Shown here: positions 52,883 through 61,908 of the stretch, one piece after another
Numbering within the stretch: the stretch's first letter is position 1
How the letters are laid out: each line of letters opens with the position of its first letter
From: Chitinophagales bacterium
GTDB lineage: Bacteria; Bacteroidota; Bacteroidia; Chitinophagales; BACL12
Direction: 5' to 3'
DNA: 64,000 nt
Assembly: GCA_044227505.1 (NCBI GenBank)
Contig: JBGAWP010000007.1
Span: 11,621 to 75,620 of the forward strand
Notes under the pieces: model-generated
Database searches by the model: none
What the model was told of the DNA's origin: nothing
The model's input: only the letters and a program-made list of their open reading frames with translations
Program-made: the position numbers and the translations under genes

Positions 52883-52890
52883 CAAAGTTA
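52883..52890 (-). promoter_or_regulatory. -7 box TAACTTTG
   Basis: Exact TAnnTTTG match upstream of the 37-aa ORF. Confidence 0.4.
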
Positions 52891-53027
52891 AGTATAAGGC
52901 GAGATTTTAAAAATAAATCTGAGTATTTTCTACACAAGCTGTTAACAAGACAGGGTTAAAAAGTAAACGGTATCATTTTTGCCTCTTATCTTCGTAAAAA
53001 AATTCACTTTTATCATTAAAATCAGAT

Positions 53028-53579
53028 ATGAAAAAAATCAGTTTAATCTTCGTTTTGTTCCTCAGTGTGGGATTGTACGCACAAAAAGCTTCAGAAGTGG
53101 AAATTCCCTATTTTCCCATAGATGAAGATTCAAAATTAGTAACCTATACCGATGTGATCCAGGTTCCGGGTGTGTTAAAAGATTCACTTTACGATGTTGC
53201 ATTGGCCTGGATGAAGATCTATTACAAATCGCCAAGTCAGGTGATAAAAAGTCAAAGTAAAGAAGACGGTGTTATTGATATTCGTCACCAGTTTTATGTA
53301 ACACGGAAGGATAAAAATCAGGAAGTTAAAGCCGGACTTATCAATTATTATCTTACGCTGCAGTTTAGAGATGGCAGATTTAAATATACCATAACAAAAT
53401 TAAATCTTGAAAGCACATCCTATTTCGGTATAGAAAAGTGGCTGAATGAAGAAGCCTATAAAAAGGACGAAAATGTTCCGGGATATCTGGTGCAGATTGA
53501 CAAATTCATGATGGATCTCATTGCATCCATGGAGTCGGAAGTTAAGCCGGTTGCTCCGAAGAAGGAAGAAGACTGGTAA
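53028..53579 (+). CDS. Secreted protein (resembles DUF4468)
   Basis: Signal peptide MKKISLIFVLFLSVGLYAQ. Followed by a terminator. Confidence 0.6.
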   Translation: MKKISLIFVLFLSVGLYAQKASEVEIPYFPIDEDSKLVTYTDVIQVPGVLKDSLYDVALAWMKIYYKSPSQVIKSQSKEDGVIDIRHQFYVTRKDKNQEVKAGLINYYLTLQFRDGRFKYTITKLNLESTSYFGIEKWLNEEAYKKDENVPGYLVQIDKFMMDLIASMESEVKPVAPKKEEDW

Positions 53580-53611
53580 ATAATTTTAGAGGTCAAAGGA
53601 TTTTAGATTAT

Positions 53612-53645
53612 AAACCTGCCTGTGAAAACGGCAGGTTTTTTTATT
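53612..53645 (+). terminator. Rho-independent terminator
   Basis: aaacctgcc / ggcaggttt stem followed by a T-run. Confidence 0.75.
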
Positions 53646-53851
53646 TGCGCATAAACTCAATTTTCACATGATGACAAAAGTCATTTTTTACTTTGAGGTT
53701 CATCATGCCTTCCGTGCTGACAAATAAAGAACTTTGAGCTATAAAAAACCTAGTAATGGAAAACTACCAGACCGATGCGGATCAATCGATGTTAAAAGGC
53801 TCCAGTGAGAGTAGGTCTGCTAAGAATATTAAAAAAGAAAAAGACCTGATT

Positions 53852-54694
53852 ATGGATCTAAAGAAAATATTGGTGCCAACAGACTACTCTATTAATTCAT
53901 CAGATGCAGTTAGTGCCGCAATAGCCATAGCTGAAATGCAAGATGCACAGGTGATTATTTTGCATGTTTACCATATGCCATTTGCTGATGAACATATGCC
54001 TCCTTCCATGATTAAAGAATTAATGAATTCACAAAAGGAACGAGCTGATTTGGACATGCAAACATTTATTGAATCGCAACAAATTTTGAAACAAAAGACA
54101 GTTCCGGTTGAATTTAAAACTGTAATGGGTTTTGCATCAGAAATGATACTGGATGTTGCCCGTGCAAATAATGTTGATCTGATAATAACAGGCACAAAGG
54201 GAGCTAATAGTGTGGATGATAAGTTGTTTGGAACTGTTACCTGGAATATTATCAAACATTCTGAGATCCCTGTTTTGGCCATCCCTGAAAAAAGTGCGAA
54301 TTATACATTTAGAAATATTATGATCCCATTCGAAGGCACGGAAAAAGATAATGATACCATTACCTGGTTATTAAATTTTGCAGAAAAAAATACTGCGACA
54401 GTGCATGCTGTACACTTTTTAACAGATTCAACGAATTACAATAAATCAACGATAGACAAATTACATACACGATTTAGAAAATATTTGGATAACGATATGC
54501 TGCAATTACATTTTCTGGCTGAAAAAAATATTACAGAAGGAATTAGAAAATTCGCCGCCAGAAATAACATTGATATGATCTGTATGGTTACGCATCATCA
54601 TGGATTGTTTGCAACAATTTTCCATATGAGTATAACGAGAAATATAGCTCTTTATTCTCAGATACCGTTACTAGCATATAATATAGATAAATGA
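53852..54694 (+). CDS. Tandem universal stress protein (two USP domains)
   Basis: MDLKKILVPTDYS start and a second domain beginning near IMIPFEG. The track ORF opens at 53756. Confidence 0.8.
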   Translation: MDLKKILVPTDYSINSSDAVSAAIAIAEMQDAQVIILHVYHMPFADEHMPPSMIKELMNSQKERADLDMQTFIESQQILKQKTVPVEFKTVMGFASEMILDVARANNVDLIITGTKGANSVDDKLFGTVTWNIIKHSEIPVLAIPEKSANYTFRNIMIPFEGTEKDNDTITWLLNFAEKNTATVHAVHFLTDSTNYNKSTIDKLHTRFRKYLDNDMLQLHFLAEKNITEGIRKFAARNNIDMICMVTHHHGLFATIFHMSITRNIALYSQIPLLAYNIDK

Positions 54695-54713
54695 ACAAGG
54701 CAAACTTTAAAAT

Positions 54714-55427
54714 ATGACAATGCAAACGAAAATACCGACTCCAGACTGCGAACATTGCAAGAGCAGAAATAAATCGCTCTTTCATTTTTGCCATTTAGAA
54801 GAAACGGATTATATAAATCAGACCAAAACCTGTGCGATGTATAAAAAAGGACAGACAATCTTTCACGAAAATGCAAATGCTTATGGATTATATTGCTTAA
54901 ATGAAGGTAAAGTTAAATTATACAAACAGGCGTCTGACGGCAAGGAACAAATTCTCAAAATTGTTACTCCAGGTGATTTTATCGGATATGGAGCGATGTT
55001 ATCTTCCACTACCTATGGTGTTAGTGCCGAAGTGATTGAAGATGCTGTTATTTGTTTTATTCCTAAGGAATCTGTTCTAAAAATATTCCGCGAGAATAAT
55101 AGATTCTCAGAAGGAATGGTACAATTACTAACCCAAATCATCGACCAAACCGTTGAAAAAATGGCGGACATTGCCTATAAACCTGTTAGAGGAAGAGTTG
55201 CAGAAGCATTATTATTACTCAGCGAATCGTATAAGGATGAAAATAATCCCGAGGGTATTGTAAGTATTACTCGCGAAGATCTCGCCTCTTATGTAGGAAC
55301 AGTAAAAGAAACCGCTATTCGTGTTCTCAAAGATTTTAAAGAAGACGGTCTCATTGAAACAAATAATCACGCGATCAAAATTCTTGATGCAGCGAGGTTG
55401 ACGAAGGTGTGTGAGTTATATGATTGA
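54714..55427 (+). CDS. Crp/Fnr-family transcriptional regulator with an N-terminal Cys cluster
   Basis: CEHCKSRNKSLFHFC, a cNMP-binding-like beta-roll, and the C-terminal HTH REDLASYVGTVKETAIRVLK. Confidence 0.88.
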   Translation: MTMQTKIPTPDCEHCKSRNKSLFHFCHLEETDYINQTKTCAMYKKGQTIFHENANAYGLYCLNEGKVKLYKQASDGKEQILKIVTPGDFIGYGAMLSSTTYGVSAEVIEDAVICFIPKESVLKIFRENNRFSEGMVQLLTQIIDQTVEKMADIAYKPVRGRVAEALLLLSESYKDENNPEGIVSITREDLASYVGTVKETAIRVLKDFKEDGLIETNNHAIKILDAARLTKVCELYD

Positions 55428-55460
55428 GGACAAAGGACATAAGACACAGGATAAAGGACA
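55428..55460. repeat. AGGAC-type arm (left arm of the 55428-55742 element)
   Basis: ggacaaaggacataagacacaggataaaggaca, immediately after the crp-family stop codon. Confidence 0.8.
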
Positions 55461-55503
55461 TTGTTTTGTTATTTATCCTGGACCGAAATTTATTATTTGA
55501 AAA

Positions 55504-55655
55504 TTTAGGTATCATTTGGAATTACACCTTTTGAAAAATCAGGGTAACATTGGGGAGATAGCTTCGTAATTACTGCGTAATTTCTCGCAATGACTTTCTC
55601 GTCAAAATGTTTAATTTAACATCAAAGCACCAATCAGAAATTAATTTAATGTTCT
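55504..55655. repeat. Dispersed intergenic element, copy B (inverted relative to copy A)
   Basis: See copy A at 16283-16438. Contains the CAATCAGAAATTAA module at 55631-55644. Confidence 0.85.
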
Positions 55656-55667
55656 ATAACGATATAG

Positions 55668-55742
55668 TCGTCCTATGTCCAATTTCCAATGTCCTATATC
55701 AAGTCCTGTCCTATGTCCTGTGTCCTATGTCCTATGTCCTCT
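55668..55742. repeat. GTCCT-type arm (right arm)
   Basis: gtcgtcctatgtccaatttccaatgtcctatatcaagtcctgtcctatgtcctgtgtcctatgtcctatgtcctc. Confidence 0.85.
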
Positions 55743-55745
55743 CCC

Positions 55746-56276
55746 CTACACCCAACCTCTTCCATCATACAAAAACGGCCATGGAATGGAGACAAGAATT
55801 AAAATAAAGGCGATCAAAAACCAGATGAATTGTTTTCTTCCGGCATCAACATCATTTAATGCCTTTTTTGCTTTAGCATATCCAATATGTACAAAAATTA
55901 TTGCGATCAGCATCCCGATTGCATGATCAAGAGCTATATTTCTAAAAGAAGATACACCCATTTGACTGGTGATATTCGAAATTTTAAAATTGGTTTGTGT
56001 AGATATCCAATTAAAATAAAGTAACAGACCTGCAACTAATTGCAGATCCATGGAGATCATTGTGAACATACCCATTTTTTTTGTTCCTCCTGCAAAAGGT
56101 CTTTTCCCCTTGGAAGATTGGTATCCAAACCAGATTCCAAGAATCATTAAAATAAGTATAATATATCTCCAGCCTGAGTGAAAACCCATTAAAGCCTTAT
56201 AAAGTCCTTCCGGCAAATGCATAGTTGCCTCATCAGACCCAAACAATAAAACCATTTGTAATGTAGTCGCAATCAT
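55746..56276 (-). CDS. Polytopic membrane protein with conserved His residues (possible b-type cytochrome-like protein)
   Basis: 4-5 TM with His in FHSGWRY, LDHAIGM and FVHIGY. Function not established. Confidence 0.5.
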   Translation of the reverse strand: MIATTLQMVLLFGSDEATMHLPEGLYKALMGFHSGWRYIILILMILGIWFGYQSSKGKRPFAGGTKKMGMFTMISMDLQLVAGLLLYFNWISTQTNFKISNITSQMGVSSFRNIALDHAIGMLIAIIFVHIGYAKAKKALNDVDAGRKQFIWFLIAFILILVSIPWPFLYDGRGWV

Positions 56277-56364
56277 TGTGTGCGTGATTTACGGTTAAAA
56301 AAAAATATAATTTGATACTTCAAAATTAATACAAACCACATTTGCAGGGCAACAAATGTTTTTT

Positions 56365-56676
56365 TTAGTTGCGCATTAACTCTTTATAATTCTGAATATT
56401 TGCCATGAATTTTTGCTGTTGTTCAGCATTTAAAGCATTTAGAATATCCTGTTTAAAATCTTGTTTACTTTCCCGCATACCCTCTTTTCCGCCGCCGCTT
56501 TGTTTATTTTGTTTTTTTTCACCCATAAATTCACGGATAGCAGCTTCCACTTTAGTAACCTGATCGGGTGTCAAGTGGAGGTCGTTTGTGAGTTTTGTAA
56601 TAAATTCCTGAGCTCGACCTGCACCACCGCCATTTCCACCCTTATTGCCACCAAATAATTTAGAAAATAAACTCAT
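56365..56676 (-). CDS. Small Gly/Lys/Gln-rich protein with LTxxQ-like motifs
   Basis: LTPDQV and LNAEQQ motifs recall Spy/CpxP-type proteins, but no obvious signal peptide is present. Confidence 0.45.
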   Translation of the reverse strand: MSLFSKLFGGNKGGNGGGAGRAQEFITKLTNDLHLTPDQVTKVEAAIREFMGEKKQNKQSGGGKEGMRESKQDFKQDILNALNAEQQQKFMANIQNYKELMRN

Positions 56677-56710
56677 AATTAATCAGATTAATTGTTAAGA
56701 TTCGGGTAAA

Positions 56711-56749
56711 GGTATAAAAAATTAAACGGGTGCAAAAAATGCACCCGTT
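56711..56749 (-). terminator. Terminator after the TonB-dependent receptor gene
   Basis: aacgggtgc / gcacccgtt stem followed on the minus strand by TAATTTTTTA. Confidence 0.65.
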
Positions 56750-56756
56750 AATTAGA

Positions 56757-59162
56757 TTAAAAATTTGCCCGCAGTGCCACAATAACACTTCTCCCGGGTG
56801 CAACTACACCAGAGGAGTATGGCCTGTATCGCACATCTGTGATATTATCAATTCCTGCCTGAATATTTAAATTGGAAATTATCTGATATCCCAATTTCAG
56901 ATTGAGGGTATACCAGCCCGGACAATAAGGATCTCCATTTTCGTCAACCGCATACAAATGTGGTTTATCGGCCTCACTTGGTGCAAGTTCTTTAAAGGGT
57001 ACCTCTGCATTATAATCGGCATAAATATCTGCCCTGAATTTTTTCATTTGATAACTAATATGCGTTGATCCAAATAAAGGCGGTGCATGTCGGAGCGGAA
57101 CATATTCCTCTCCGGTTTCTTCGGCTTGTTCTTCGCCCTTTGTATAGGTGAGGTAAGATGCTATAGTTACATTTTTTATGGGATGAATCCGAACACCTGA
57201 TTCGATCCCATAAACATATGCTCTGTCGATGTTCTGCAATGCCTGAACGCCACTTAATTCACCGTCATAGAAAATACTGTCCTCACCGTTTAAGGTAAAA
57301 TTTCTGCGAACAATGGCATTACTTAATAAAGTATAAAATCCGGTAAGTTGAATTTCAACAATATCACCGAAACCTTTTATAAAACCGAGATCGATATTAT
57401 ATGCATATTCCGGTAAAAGATCAGGATTAGGTACAGTTACGTTCCCAGGTTCTGAATCAAAAACTTTTCCGACATCATCCACATTGGGAGCGCGGAACCC
57501 GGTTGACAAATTAAAATTGATCTGGAAATTTTTTGTCGCAAGCCACGCAATTCCGGCACTACCCGTTAATGCTCCACTATTAATGGTTACGGAAGTAAAA
57601 GGGAATGGAAAAAATGTGGTGTCAAAATCGGCATTTAATATTACCTGATTGTATCTTAAACCTGCTTGCAAAGTGAGTTTTTCTTTCAATTTTGTTTTTG
57701 AACTTAAATACCCTGCAAAACTTTGCCAGGTGGCGCCATTTGGATACCTCGAAGAAGCATTTTCCTCAATTCCTGTTTCAATATCCAGATCCGTTCCCAA
57801 AGAGGTAACTCCATTATGTATTCCTTCGATCCCATAAAACAAAGTTGTTTTATTAATTGATTTTTGCAGATCCAGGTTTGCAGAAATTGCGTCCACCTGC
57901 TCTAATTTGGTGCGTTGGGTTGTTTTTTTATAGGAACGGTCAATTCTGCTTTCTTCAAAAAATTGATATGCCAATGTTAATCGTGCAATATCATACATCT
58001 TTGATTTTGAATTATGTTGCAGGGAAATTACATGCATATTCCAGATTTGCGGACCATAATACCAAACGGCTGAACGTGGAGCTCCGTCGCGATATTCAAT
58101 TAATCTGTCGTAACGATCGTACTCTGAAGTTTTAGAATAGTGAAATCCATAATTGATATCCCAATTTGCATTCGGTTTAAATCTTATCTTTTGCATGATA
58201 TTATAATAAGACATATCCGTATGCAGTTGTTTTTGAGGATCTTCATTTGGAACGATGCTATCGATACCATTTATTATTTCAACAGATTCCGGTCGCAAAT
58301 ATTCATCCGGTCCATTGGAACCCATTACAAGATCATCAAAATCGCTGAAACTAACACTGGTAACAAAAGCCCATTTTTTGGTTCCGATATTTATATCTGC
58401 ATGGCCGGTTTTTTCAATATTGGCAGATGCAAATCTTCCGAAAACCGATCCTTCCACGATGGTTTTATCCGAATTTGATAATTCAGCAGTCAATGTATGA
58501 AAATCCATCACACCGCCTAAAGCATCACTTCCATAGATTAATGAACCGGGACCAAAAATTATTTCAGCGCCTTCCAAGGCATTGGGGTCTATCGATATCA
58601 CATTTTGAATATTGCCACTTCTGAAAATTGCTGTATTCATGCGAACACCGTCCACAACCATCAGCAATCTATTTGTTGCAAATCCTCTTATCATAGGACT
58701 ACCACCACCAAACTGACTTTTCTGTACAAAAACCTGACCACTTTGTGCAAGCATATCAGCACTGGTTTGAGGATTATAAAAAGCAATATCCTTAGCCTCA
58801 ATTGCAGTAATATGATTTGGAACCTCCGTTCTGTTTTGTTCCCATCGGTTTGCACTGATTATTATTCCTTCCAATGAAAAAGGGGAAGATGCCAGTAAAA
58901 TAGTTTTCAATTGTACTGCATCTTCATAGGAAATAAATATCTCCTCATAACCCAATAATTTAAACAAAATAGAATCGGCATTTCGGAATGGTGTAATGTC
59001 AACCTTTCCATTTTGGTCTGAGTTCAAAGTTGCCTGTGATTCAACGTTGATAATTGTTACTTGTTCCAAAGCCTGAAGTGTTGTCTGATCTTTTATATAA
59101 ATTTCTTGCGCATACATAACATAACCAAACAGGCAAAATATGCATGCTAATATTTTTTTCAT
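56757..59162 (-). CDS. TonB-dependent outer-membrane receptor
   Basis: Signal peptide, N-terminal carboxypeptidase-regulatory-like segment, plug, barrel, and terminal ...LRANF. Confidence 0.9.
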   Translation of the reverse strand: MKKILACIFCLFGYVMYAQEIYIKDQTTLQALEQVTIINVESQATLNSDQNGKVDITPFRNADSILFKLLGYEEIFISYEDAVQLKTILLASSPFSLEGIIISANRWEQNRTEVPNHITAIEAKDIAFYNPQTSADMLAQSGQVFVQKSQFGGGSPMIRGFATNRLLMVVDGVRMNTAIFRSGNIQNVISIDPNALEGAEIIFGPGSLIYGSDALGGVMDFHTLTAELSNSDKTIVEGSVFGRFASANIEKTGHADINIGTKKWAFVTSVSFSDFDDLVMGSNGPDEYLRPESVEIINGIDSIVPNEDPQKQLHTDMSYYNIMQKIRFKPNANWDINYGFHYSKTSEYDRYDRLIEYRDGAPRSAVWYYGPQIWNMHVISLQHNSKSKMYDIARLTLAYQFFEESRIDRSYKKTTQRTKLEQVDAISANLDLQKSINKTTLFYGIEGIHNGVTSLGTDLDIETGIEENASSRYPNGATWQSFAGYLSSKTKLKEKLTLQAGLRYNQVILNADFDTTFFPFPFTSVTINSGALTGSAGIAWLATKNFQINFNLSTGFRAPNVDDVGKVFDSEPGNVTVPNPDLLPEYAYNIDLGFIKGFGDIVEIQLTGFYTLLSNAIVRRNFTLNGEDSIFYDGELSGVQALQNIDRAYVYGIESGVRIHPIKNVTIASYLTYTKGEEQAEETGEEYVPLRHAPPLFGSTHISYQMKKFRADIYADYNAEVPFKELAPSEADKPHLYAVDENGDPYCPGWYTLNLKLGYQIISNLNIQAGIDNITDVRYRPYSSGVVAPGRSVIVALRANF

Positions 59163-59205
59163 AAATTACAATTTAAAATAAATAATAAAGTTTACTGAAA
59201 ATAAT

Positions 59206-59718
59206 TCAGTTTTGATCAGGCGGAATAAATAATGCAGCGAAAAAAATTCTACCCTTTTGTAAGACATTAGTTTGTTGTAATCCAAAATTATCAGTAGGAT
59301 GAACTAAAGGAGATTGGGCGGATGACAGGTAATCAGGAAATTGCAATTTAATGATATTGCCGGTATTTTTTTCTGATGGTTTTGTTTCAAAATGCTCAGC
59401 GAGTTCCTTTTTTAATGCATTTTCTTCAGTATCCTTATATGCTATACAATATAAAGTATCATGCATGATCTCTTTTTCAGCAACATCATACATAGATCCA
59501 TTCCACATAAATTCATATTCGTGTTCCCATTTTACTTCATGTAAAGGAATTACAAGTTTTGAGAGTATATGATCATTTCCCGCAACTTCATTTCTGACAT
59601 TATTATTTGATTTTATTTGATCCAATCTATAATTAAAGAATAATACATTGCCACAGGAATAAAATAAAAATAAGATTAGCACGGAAATTGTAATGATATG
59701 TCCAGTTTTCTTATACAC
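59206..59718 (-). CDS. Membrane-anchored protein of unknown function
   Basis: N-terminal hydrophobic helix. 43 nt upstream of the receptor gene on the same strand. Confidence 0.45.
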   Translation of the reverse strand: MYKKTGHIITISVLILFLFYSCGNVLFFNYRLDQIKSNNNVRNEVAGNDHILSKLVIPLHEVKWEHEYEFMWNGSMYDVAEKEIMHDTLYCIAYKDTEENALKKELAEHFETKPSEKNTGNIIKLQFPDYLSSAQSPLVHPTDNFGLQQTNVLQKGRIFFAALFIPPDQN

Positions 59719-59816
59719 TTTTATTTGTGCTCTAAGTTAATTTGAAATAAAAATTAATTTGTCATGAATATATAAAACAAATCAAAAACCCCGTGAATTA
59801 TACCAAAATATTAAAG

Positions 59817-59824
59817 TATCTTTG
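59817..59824 (+). promoter_or_regulatory. -7 box TATCTTTG
   Basis: Exact TAnnTTTG match, with 37 nt between the motif and the ATG at 59862. Confidence 0.45.
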
Positions 59825-59861
59825 AAATCCCCGGATTTCCGCACAAAATTAAAGGAAAGAT

Positions 59862-61310
59862 ATGAGAACATTCTTTATACTATTTCTATCCACAATACTG
59901 ATGATTGGTCGTATTGATGCGCAGATCATTGGTGGTAACGGTGAAGGTTTCACCTCCGTGGTAACTTCCTCAGACATTCCCTATTTATTGGAACTTACAA
60001 AAGAGCATCCTATCGCCATTCGTTGGCCAGGCGGAGGCGATTCGCGTGTTGCATTTCCTGCCCTTGATAAACCGGGATTAGGCATGAATAAAGATTCCAT
60101 TCAAAAAATGTATCAGGAGTTTCGGGACAATGAGGGAAATATCCAATACGATAAATTGGACAAGGAGTTAAAACAAGCTGAAAAAGACGCTGCAGAAGCA
60201 CAAAGCGCCTTACAATCGCTGATCAATATTTCAAAACAGGTAAAAGGTTTACAGGTTGATTATTGTTTAAATGTTTTAATGGGCAATGTGGAGTCAAATA
60301 TTTCCGCCATTCGAACATTGATCGATTCGGGAGTGAATATTATTTCTATTGTTGCGGGAAATGAATGTTTTTTCAGTTATCGATACAATTGGGAAAAATA
60401 TAAAAATGATTTTGAACCCATTTTAAGAGCTTGTGAAAAGGAATTTCCGGATATTCCAAGATTACTTTGTTTCGGACAGGATTTTGATAAAAAAAATCAT
60501 TTGGGATGGAATACGAAGGTTATAGATTATATCAATTCCACAGGAAATTTTATTGCGGGTGTGGATGTACATTATTACATGATGAAAGAAATTAAATCAG
60601 CCAATACCTTACACCCTAAAACGCTGGTATACAAATCAGGTGAACATTATCCCGAATTGGAAAAAGCGTTTGATGAATATATAAAATCTTATAGAGCGAA
60701 CGATCAATTTGGTGCACTTGTAAATTATCTCAAATTACATTTACCCGGGAAAATATATCACTGCACAGAGTTCGGTGATAAGGAAGCGGAATATTGGTCG
60801 AATACTATAGCCAATGCCGCTCACATGTATGTTACATTTTGCAAATACCGAAATGACTTTGATATTCTTCTGATGCAAAATTTAATAGCCAATTGGTTTT
60901 GGGCATCAAGACGCGTTGCGGGAAGATATGATGATAATCCTGACAATGTTGAAAAAATAAACCGTTGCCATTGGTATTCTGTTCAACTTGCCAACGAATT
61001 ACCCTACAATACGCCGGTATTGACCTCGAATCTAAATATCACCCAACCGGGTACCTATTATTATTATTTCGATAATGCAGGAGGGAAAAAATATACTCCG
61101 GAAATAAATATCAAAAACGGAAAATTAACTTCCTTCGAAACCCATTATCTCACCGGTAAATACAACTACAGCAGTGCAGGCAGTACCGGATTTATGGCAA
61201 AAGGGTCAGATAATACTTTAGAGGTGAAAGGAATTGACAGGGTGAGTTATAAAAGTGTTGGGGAGATACCATATAATAGTTTTGGGTATGTGAAGATGGT
61301 AGTGGAGTAA
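59862..61310 (+). CDS. Secreted protein, possibly a clan GH-A (TIM-barrel) glycoside hydrolase
   Basis: Signal peptide. IRWPGGG, VAGNECFF (candidate acid/base NE) and HCTEFGD (candidate nucleophile E). The family was not identified. Confidence 0.5.
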   Translation: MRTFFILFLSTILMIGRIDAQIIGGNGEGFTSVVTSSDIPYLLELTKEHPIAIRWPGGGDSRVAFPALDKPGLGMNKDSIQKMYQEFRDNEGNIQYDKLDKELKQAEKDAAEAQSALQSLINISKQVKGLQVDYCLNVLMGNVESNISAIRTLIDSGVNIISIVAGNECFFSYRYNWEKYKNDFEPILRACEKEFPDIPRLLCFGQDFDKKNHLGWNTKVIDYINSTGNFIAGVDVHYYMMKEIKSANTLHPKTLVYKSGEHYPELEKAFDEYIKSYRANDQFGALVNYLKLHLPGKIYHCTEFGDKEAEYWSNTIANAAHMYVTFCKYRNDFDILLMQNLIANWFWASRRVAGRYDDNPDNVEKINRCHWYSVQLANELPYNTPVLTSNLNITQPGTYYYYFDNAGGKKYTPEINIKNGKLTSFETHYLTGKYNYSSAGSTGFMAKGSDNTLEVKGIDRVSYKSVGEIPYNSFGYVKMVVE

Positions 61311-61393
61311 AGATACTGGTGTTGATCGGCTAATATCCTGACCTGACCAGACCATTTTTAACAGATTTAGAGCAGCTATCTCAAATTCTGCAC

Positions 61394-61401
61394 TATTTTT
61401 G
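61394..61401 (+). promoter_or_regulatory. -7 box TATTTTTG with 9 nt between it and tRNA-Arg(CCT)
   Basis: Exact TAnnTTTG match. Confidence 0.5.
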
Positions 61402-61410
61402 CAGTAAATT

Positions 61411-61482
61411 GGTCTCGTAGTTCAACGGATAGAATAGGAGTTTCCTAAACTCTAGATAGCAGTTCGATTCTGCTCGGGACTA
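61411..61482 (+). tRNA. tRNA-Arg (anticodon CCT)
   Basis: Cloverleaf folded by hand. Acceptor ggtctcg/cgggact with two G-U pairs. Anticodon stem ggagt/actct with loop ttCCTaa. T arm agcag-ttcgatt-ctgct. No encoded CCA. Confidence 0.85.
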
Positions 61483-61537
61483 CACTTACAAAGTTACATG
61501 TCCGCTAAACGGCGGAATCCCTCATGTCGCAAAGCAG

Positions 61538-61566
61538 GTCCGCCTTTTGGCGGACAATTTTTTTTA
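61538..61566 (+). terminator. Rho-independent terminator after the first tRNA
   Basis: gtccgcc tttt ggcggac followed by aatttttttt. Confidence 0.75.
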
Positions 61567-61639
61567 GGAGGGATGATGGGTTAACTTTGTGGTGGCATTT
61601 TGGTACCTCATGACAATTCCAAATTTGAGATTTATTAAT

Positions 61640-61711
61640 GGCCCCGTAGTTCAATGGATAGAATGCGAGTTTCCGGAACTTGATATGTAGGTTCGATTCC
61701 TACCGGGGCTA
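61640..61711 (+). tRNA. tRNA-Arg (anticodon CCG)
   Basis: Acceptor ggccccg/cggggct. Anticodon stem cgagt/acttg with loop ttCCGga. T arm gtagg-ttcgatt-cctac. Confidence 0.85.
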
Positions 61712-61784
61712 CTTTATAATTAGCAAATGTGGTAATTAGCAAATTAGCAAATGGTTTAAACCCACAACCTTATCTTAATTTGAT

Positions 61785-61813
61785 TCGGTAACTTGATATG
61801 TAGGATCCCTGCC
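61785..61813 (+). repeat. Degenerate partial copy of the 3' half of tRNA-Arg(CCG)
   Basis: aacttgatatgtagg is exact between 61676-61690 and 61790-61804, and the flanks are partly conserved. Confidence 0.6.
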
Positions 61814-61908
61814 TGACTGAAGGAGGCTGATCTGCAATACATAATTTTTTTTATACAATTTCGTTATTTCAAATTAGCCTTTCATTTCGACCCATCTAAT
61901 CTTTTGCA

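Noticed and set aside
55607-55926. ORFs 55607..55807 and 55675..55926
   Set aside because: They translate the GTCCT repeat arm, and they overlap the 3' end of the confident minus-strand membrane-protein gene.
56757-59162. Assignment of the TonB-dependent receptor as a heme receptor from its FRAP/NPDL boxes
   Set aside because: The conserved His between the boxes is missing and no heme-utilisation genes are adjacent, so it is kept as a generic TonB-dependent receptor.
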